64,000 nucleotides of DNA from an uncultured delta proteobacterium. Lineage in GTDB: Bacteria; Myxococcota; Myxococcia; Myxococcales; Myxococcaceae. The notes beneath the pieces were generated by a model. The model searched no databases and was not told the origin of the DNA. It saw nothing but the letters and a program-made list of their open reading frames with translations. The stretch's first letter is position 1. Each line of letters starts with the position of its first letter. This document shows positions 58,156 through 64,000 of this stretch, in pieces. The stretch is taken from contig CAVZMH010000016.1 in NCBI GenBank assembly GCA_963776345.1, positions 640,001-704,000 of the forward strand, written 5' to 3'. The position numbers and the translations under genes were made by a program.

Positions 58156-58854
58156 TCAGACCGCCGCTCCGAACGCCCGGCCAACTCCGGCGGTGAGACC
58201 CATCGCCAGCGCGCCGAGGATGGCCACCCGGACGGAGGCCCTGAGCACCGGAGCACCTCCGGTGGACGCCGCGAGCGCCCCCAGTCCGGCGAGGAGCAGC
58301 AACGAGCCGACCGTGACCAGGGGAAGCACCATTCCCGCCGGGACGGCGACCGACATGAGGACGGGAAGTGCCGCTCCGACACCGAAGCTGGCGGCGGACG
58401 TCAGGGCAGCTTGCAGGGGCCGGGCGGTCAGGGTGGTGGACATCCCCAGCTCGTCCCGGGCATGCGCGGCCAGGGCGTCATGGGCCATCAGCTGCTCGGC
58501 GACCTGGGCCGCGAGCTCTGGCGCCAGCCCCCGGGCGGCGTAGATGCTGGCCAGCTCTTGCTTCTCGAGGCTGGGCTGGGATGCCAGCTCGGCCCGCTCC
58601 CGCGCGAGATCCGCCTGCTCGGTGTCCGCCTGGGAGCGAACCGAGACGTATTCGCCGGCCGCCATCGACATCGAGCCCGCGACCAGGCCGGCCATGCCGG
58701 TGACCAGCAGGCCCCCGTGGCCGGTGCCGGCCGCGGCCACGCCCACCATCAAGCTGGCGGTGGAGACGATGCCGTCGTTGGCCCCCAGGACGGCAGCGCG
58801 CAACCAGCCGATGCGCTCGGTACGGTGCAGTTCGGGATGGACGGTTCGCGGCAT
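58156..58854 (-). CDS. VIT1/CCC1 family Fe/Mn transporter
   Basis: WLRAAVLGANDG.VS, SMAAGEYVSV.SQ.D, AH.RDELG. Confidence 0.92.
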   Translation of the reverse strand: MPRTVHPELHRTERIGWLRAAVLGANDGIVSTASLMVGVAAAGTGHGGLLVTGMAGLVAGSMSMAAGEYVSVRSQADTEQADLARERAELASQPSLEKQELASIYAARGLAPELAAQVAEQLMAHDALAAHARDELGMSTTLTARPLQAALTSAASFGVGAALPVLMSVAVPAGMVLPLVTVGSLLLLAGLGALAASTGGAPVLRASVRVAILGALAMGLTAGVGRAFGAAV

Positions 58855-59015
58855 GGCGCCCCTCTTACCAGCCGGCAACCATCATGACGACGGCGCGGCC
58901 GCACGTGGCGTAGGTTGTCTGAGTTTTCGAGTCACGGCGCCCGGCGGACACCTCGGCGGGCTTTCTGGGATTTCGCTTGCCGCCAGGGAGGGCGCCTGCG
59001 CTCGTGAGACGTTCA

Positions 59016-62000
59016 ATGCGACGACCCGCGACCGGCACCTCCTCCTTCAGGCCCTCGCCCCTAGTGCCTCCGTGGCGTCGCTGGCTGGCCCGCCTGTCTC
59101 TCGCCCCTGACGACTCGGAGCAGATCCTCCGGGGTCCACTGGGGGGCGAGCTCCTGGGCCCCGAGGCGCTGGCCGAGCGGGCCCGTACGATCGCCGAGGC
59201 GCAGCAAGCAGGGGCGCGCTTCGGACGGGGCACGCCGCTGCTCGACCGACTCGACGCCACCCGCCGGATCCTCGCCGCCGCCCACGCGCGCCTCACCGAG
59301 GCTTCGTCGGGTGGGGAGGTGGGCCCGGCCGGAGAATGGCTGCTCGATAACTTCTACGTCGTCCAGGACCACATCTCCGAGGTTCGGGAAACTCTGCCCC
59401 CGGGCTATTACCGCGAGCTTCCGGTGCTGGTCAGTGGACCCCTCGCCGGATACCCGCGCGTCTACGAGCTGGCGACGTCGCTCATCTCACACACCGAGGC
59501 GCGGCTCGATCTGGAGACGATCCGCCCGTTCGTCACCGCCTTCCAGGAGGTGACGCCGCTCAACATCGGCGAGCTGTGGGCGCTTCCGGCCATGCTCCGG
59601 CTGGGGCTGGTGGAGAGCGTGCGCCGCATGACCCTTCGCACCGTCCAGCGGCTCGACCAGTTCGCCATCGCCGACGGATGGGCGGCCCGCTTGCAGGCCG
59701 CTGAACAGGCCGGCCCCGATGCCTTGACCGCGGCCGTCACCGCCTTCTCCCAGGCCCACCCCGCCGCTACCTCCGAGTTCGTCTCCCGCCTGCACCAGCA
59801 GCTTCGCTTCGAGAACTCCCGCGCCGCCATCGAGTGGCTCGAATCGTGGCTGGTCGAGGAGGGACACGGAGCGGAAGAGGCCGTGGCGCGCGCCACCCAG
59901 CGCCTGGCGCTGACGCAGGTGATCATGGCCAACAGCATCACCAGCCTACGCACCGTCGGCGGCCTGGACTGGCAGGCCTTCGTCGAAGGGCAGAGCCGGC
60001 TGGAGACGGCGTTGCGCACGGACCCGGCCGGCGTGTACCCGCAAATGACCTTCGAGACGCGTGACACCTATCGCCACGTGGCGGAGCGGCTGGCCCGTCG
60101 CACCGGCTCCGACGAGGTCGCAGTGGCCCTTCGCGCCGTTGCGCTCTCGTCCAACTCGCCGGCGAGCAGCGCGCCCACCAGCCACGTGGGATGGTTCCTG
60201 GTGGACGAAGGACTGGGCGATCTGGAGCGCGCGCTCCAGGCCCGACTCTCGCTCTTCGAGCGCGCCGCGCGCGCGGTGCGCCGGCATCCCACCCTGCCGC
60301 TCGGGCTGGGGATGACCCTGGGCACGGTGACCTGCCTGGCCCTGCTGCTCTGGATGGCCGGGCCAGCAGCACGGCAGGCCTGGCCGGCGATCATCCTCCT
60401 CGGCCTCGTTCCGGCGCACGAGCTCGCGGTGCAGGCGCTCCAGCAGCTGGTGACCCAGTTCTTGCCCCCGCGCCGACTGCCCAAGCTGGACTTCCTCGAG
60501 ACGGGGAGCGTTCCGCCGGAGCTCGCCACCGCGGTGGTGGTGCCGACGCTCTTCGGCAGCGTGGGCGCGGTCGAGCGCGCCCTGGAGAGTCTGGAGGTGC
60601 AGTTCCTCGCCAACCGCGGCCCGAACTTGAAGTTCGTCGTCCTCAGCGACTTCACCGATGCGACGAGCGAGACCCGCCCGGGCGATGCGGAGATCGTCGC
60701 GGCCGCGCAGGCCGGAGTCCAAGCGCTGGAGGCGCGCTACGGAGATGGGCGTGAGACCACCTTCTACCTGCTGCACCGGGCGCGTCGGTGGAACCCTGCC
60801 CAGCGGGTGTGGATGGGATGGGAGCGCAAGCGCGGGAAGCTGACCCAGTTCAACCATCTGGTGCTGGGCAAGGAGGAGGGCGCCTTCGGGTTCACGGTGG
60901 GCGATCTGCCGGCGCTCCGCGCGATCCGTTTCGTCATCACCCTGGATGCGGACACGCTGCTCCCACCCGACACCGCGCCCACGCTGATCGGAGCGCTGGC
61001 CCATCCGCTGAACCGGGCGGTGTACGACCCGGCGCTCGAGCGGGTGGTGCGCGGCTACGCGATCCTGCAGCCCAGGGTGGGCGTCTCGCTTCCCAGCGCC
61101 AACCGCACGCTGTTCGCCAGCATCGTCTCGGGCGCGCCGGGCGTCGACCCGTACACCACCGCGGTCTCGGACGTGTACCAGGACCTCTACGACGAGGGCA
61201 GCTACACCGGGAAGGGCATCTACGACGTGGAGGCCTTCGAACGAGCCACGTGCGACCGCTTCCCCGAGAACGCCCTGCTCTCGCACGACCTCATCGAGGG
61301 GGGCTTCGCCCGCGCGGGCCTGGTCACCGACGTCCAGGTCTTCGACGACTTCCCCTCGCGTTACCTGACCTGGACCGAGCGCAAGCACCGCTGGATCCGG
61401 GGCGACTGGCAGCTCCTGCGCTGGATGATGCGGAACGTTCCAGCGCCGGGAGGCAAGCGGCGGAATCCGCTGTCGATCCTCTCGCGCTGGAAGATCTTCG
61501 ACAACCTGCGCCGCAGCATCCTCGAGGTGGCGCAGGTGGCGCTGCTGGTCGCCGGGTGGACGGTGCTTCCCGGCTCGCCCCTTCGCTGGACGGCGCTCAC
61601 GGTGCTGGCGGTGGGAGCGCCGTGGATCATGACCGGGCTGCTGGCGGTGGTCCGTCCGCCACTCGACCGCTCGTGGCGGGCCTACTACGTCGCGGTGGCC
61701 CACGATGCGGTGGTCAGCGCGCGGCAGGCGTTCCTCACGGTCGCCTTTCTCCCCCACCAGGCGTGGATCTCGGCGGACGCCATCCTTCGCACGGTATGGA
61801 GGCTCACCGTCTCCAGGCGCAATTTGCTGCAGTGGCAGACCGCATCACAGACCGAGCGCTCGCGGTTGGGATCGGCGGGGGATCTGTGGCGCTCCATGTG
61901 GCCCACCGTGGCGCTGACGGCGGTCCTCGTCGGCCTGCTCGTCCACCGGTCGCTGCACGCGCCCACCTGGGGGGCCCTGCCCCTCCGGGACTGGACGGCC

Positions 62001-64000
62001 CGGTTGCTCGGATGCGGTCTGCTCGGGGTCCTGTGGATGCTGGCGCCCTGGGTGGCGCACCACCTCAGCAGGTCGCCGGTCCGGTCCGAGCGCCGGATGC
62101 TTCCCAAGCTACGGGGAGATGCACTCCGCTACGCGCTCCTCCACTGGAACTTCTTCCGCCGCTTCGTGACCGCCGACACGCAGTGGCTTGCTCCGGACAA
62201 CTTCCAGGAGAGCCCGGCGCCGGTGGTGGCGATGCGCACCTCGCCGACCAACATCGGACTGCAGCTCCTGGCCACGGTGAGCGCTCACGACCTGGGCTTC
62301 GTGACGCTGGAGGAGATGGTCACCCGGCTGGAGCGAGCCTTTGCCTCGATGGAACGGCTGCGTCGGTTCCGCGGCCACTTCTGCAACTGGTACGACCTGA
62401 AAACCCTGGAGGACATGGCGCCCGCCTACATCTCCACGGTCGACAGCGGGAACCTGGCGGGGCACCTCATCGCGCTCCGTCAGGCCTGCCTCGCCGCGGC
62501 CGATGAGCCGGTGCTCGACCGCCGCCTCTGGCCGGCGGTGGACGCCGCACTGGCGCTGGCCCAGGAAGCCTCGGGGCGGCCGATGGCGGCCCGACTTCAG
62601 GAATTGCGCGACGCGCTGGGCTCCGCCGCCGAGCAGATGGACGTGCGGGCGACACTGGCGACGGCGGGCGGCCTTCTCGCCCAGGCCGCGCGCAGCGCTG
62701 ACGCCGACACGCCAGCGAGCCCCTGGCTCAGCTGGGCCACCGAACGAATCGACGCCTCACGCACGCTCGTCGAAGGCCTGGTGCCCACGGCGGTCCCCTC
62801 CCGCCGCGAGACCGTCCAGCCACGTTTCCCCTCCTGGCGTCAGCGGGCCTCCGCTTCGCCCGCGGCGGCGGCGCTGGTGACCCGCCTGGAGGCGCTGGCA
62901 GCCCAGTGCGACCGGCTGGTCACCGAGATGGACTTTGGCTTCCTCTACGACGCGCCGCGGGCGCTGTTCGCCATCGGCTACCAGCTCACCAGCCACGCCC
63001 TCGATCGCTCCCACTACGATCTGCTTGCCTCCGAGGCGCGACTGGCGAGCTTCGTCGCGATCGCCAAGAACGACGTCCCGGTCGAGCACTGGTTCCACCT
63101 CGGGCGGGATCTGACCCGTGCCGCTGGCGCCACCGCGCTGATGTCGTGGAGCGGGACGATGTTCGAGTACCTGATGCCGGCGCTGGTGATGCGGTCGTTT
63201 CCCTTCACCCTGCTCGATCAGACCTACCAGGGGGCTGTCGGCCGGCAGATTGCCTTCGGAAGCGGGCGCGGCGTGCCCTGGGGAATCAGCGAGAGCGCCT
63301 ACAACCTGCGCGACCACGCCCAGACCTACCAGTACCGTACCTTCGGGGTGCCCGATCTGGCGTTGAAACGCGGCCTGGACGCCGACCTGGTGGTCGCCCC
63401 CTACGCCTCGGCACTGGCGGCGCTGGTCGAGCCGGTGCGCGCGCTGGCCAACCTCCGTGCCCTGGAACGCAAAGGGGCGCTGGGACCCTATGGCTTCCGC
63501 GACGCGCTGGACTTCACCCGCCCCGCTCCAGGCCGTCCCTTTGCGGTGGTCGAGAACTACATGGCGCACCACCTGGGCATGGGACTGGTGGCGCTCACCA
63601 ACGCGGTCACCGCCGAACGCTGGCAGGAGCGGTTCCACTCCGACCCGCTGGTGCGCGCCGCGGAGCTGCTGCTGTACGAGCGCATCCCGCGCAAGCTGGT
63701 CTTCCAGGAACCTCAGGCCGCCCGGGCCGAGGCGGCGCTGCCCGATCCCGAGCTGGAGCGGCCGGCGGTCCGACAGTTCGACACCGCCGACACGCCGCAG
63801 CCGCGAGTGGCGCTTCTGGGACGGCTCCCCTACACCATCATGATCACCAACGGCGGCTCGGGGTACAGCCGCCTGGGAGACCTGGCGGTGACTCGGTGGC
63901 GGGCCGACGGCACGGCCGATGCGAGCGGACAGTTCTGCTACCTGAGGGACGTGGCGTCGGGACGCGTCTGGTCCAGCGCGCATCAGCCCACCTGTGCTGC
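59016..64000 (+). CDS. Cyclic beta-1,2-glucan synthase (Cgs/NdvB/ChvB-like), 3'-truncated by the window
   Basis: Read by eye: EWLLDNFY, WMGWERKRGKL, TLDADT, GKGIYD, LLSHDL.EG, RWIRGDWQ, RTSPTNIG, STVDSGN, YDLLASEARL, SWSGTMFEY, WGISES, YMAHH, then a GH94-type TNGGSGYS...VTRW. No stop inside the window. Start could be 59004, 59016 or 59064. Confidence 0.9.
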   Translation, partial: MRRPATGTSSFRPSPLVPPWRRWLARLSLAPDDSEQILRGPLGGELLGPEALAERARTIAEAQQAGARFGRGTPLLDRLDATRRILAAAHARLTEASSGGEVGPAGEWLLDNFYVVQDHISEVRETLPPGYYRELPVLVSGPLAGYPRVYELATSLISHTEARLDLETIRPFVTAFQEVTPLNIGELWALPAMLRLGLVESVRRMTLRTVQRLDQFAIADGWAARLQAAEQAGPDALTAAVTAFSQAHPAATSEFVSRLHQQLRFENSRAAIEWLESWLVEEGHGAEEAVARATQRLALTQVIMANSITSLRTVGGLDWQAFVEGQSRLETALRTDPAGVYPQMTFETRDTYRHVAERLARRTGSDEVAVALRAVALSSNSPASSAPTSHVGWFLVDEGLGDLERALQARLSLFERAARAVRRHPTLPLGLGMTLGTVTCLALLLWMAGPAARQAWPAIILLGLVPAHELAVQALQQLVTQFLPPRRLPKLDFLETGSVPPELATAVVVPTLFGSVGAVERALESLEVQFLANRGPNLKFVVLSDFTDATSETRPGDAEIVAAAQAGVQALEARYGDGRETTFYLLHRARRWNPAQRVWMGWERKRGKLTQFNHLVLGKEEGAFGFTVGDLPALRAIRFVITLDADTLLPPDTAPTLIGALAHPLNRAVYDPALERVVRGYAILQPRVGVSLPSANRTLFASIVSGAPGVDPYTTAVSDVYQDLYDEGSYTGKGIYDVEAFERATCDRFPENALLSHDLIEGGFARAGLVTDVQVFDDFPSRYLTWTERKHRWIRGDWQLLRWMMRNVPAPGGKRRNPLSILSRWKIFDNLRRSILEVAQVALLVAGWTVLPGSPLRWTALTVLAVGAPWIMTGLLAVVRPPLDRSWRAYYVAVAHDAVVSARQAFLTVAFLPHQAWISADAILRTVWRLTVSRRNLLQWQTASQTERSRLGSAGDLWRSMWPTVALTAVLVGLLVHRSLHAPTWGALPLRDWTARLLGCGLLGVLWMLAPWVAHHLSRSPVRSERRMLPKLRGDALRYALLHWNFFRRFVTADTQWLAPDNFQESPAPVVAMRTSPTNIGLQLLATVSAHDLGFVTLEEMVTRLERAFASMERLRRFRGHFCNWYDLKTLEDMAPAYISTVDSGNLAGHLIALRQACLAAADEPVLDRRLWPAVDAALALAQEASGRPMAARLQELRDALGSAAEQMDVRATLATAGGLLAQAARSADADTPASPWLSWATERIDASRTLVEGLVPTAVPSRRETVQPRFPSWRQRASASPAAAALVTRLEALAAQCDRLVTEMDFGFLYDAPRALFAIGYQLTSHALDRSHYDLLASEARLASFVAIAKNDVPVEHWFHLGRDLTRAAGATALMSWSGTMFEYLMPALVMRSFPFTLLDQTYQGAVGRQIAFGSGRGVPWGISESAYNLRDHAQTYQYRTFGVPDLALKRGLDADLVVAPYASALAALVEPVRALANLRALERKGALGPYGFRDALDFTRPAPGRPFAVVENYMAHHLGMGLVALTNAVTAERWQERFHSDPLVRAAELLLYERIPRKLVFQEPQAARAEAALPDPELERPAVRQFDTADTPQPRVALLGRLPYTIMITNGGSGYSRLGDLAVTRWRADGTADASGQFCYLRDVASGRVWSSAHQPTCA

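Overview
GC-rich bacterial chromosomal segment, most likely from a myxobacterium (phylum Myxococcota). This is inferred from the HxDVSP-type Ser/Thr kinase, the J-like/TPR signalling protein and the overall gene mix. The window is almost entirely coding and mostly housekeeping or metabolic: ilvE; a degenerate Fic gene followed by DHH and iscS; 6S RNA-ygfA-ymdB-tyrS; rlmE; acyl-CoA metabolism genes; tatA; a compact sigma-70 factor; a coupled queD-folE-SDR-FAD oxidase operon; a MocR regulator with divergent targets; an orphan ATP-grasp; a HiPIP; an oxlT/oxalate-CoA ligase/panE2 module; class II ribonucleotide reductase nrdJ with tandem NrdR boxes; an arginine operon with tandem ARG boxes; and the 5' 5 kb of a giant cyclic beta-1,2-glucan synthase that is missing from the ORF track. 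No tRNA, rRNA, CRISPR, IS or prophage was recognised. Most notable: (1) ArgJ is fused to an acetylglutamate-kinase-fold domain that has lost its catalytic motifs but kept the arginine-feedback motifs, a candidate arginine-sensing pseudokinase; (2) argC carries a 1-nt frameshift; (3) the Fic protein lacks the catalytic His; (4) a shared palindrome TGATTC-N2-GA(A/G)TCA lies before two lipid-catabolism units; (5) the pterin/deazapurine operon has unexplained tailoring enzymes. All protein calls come from motif recognition by eye; no database searches were run.
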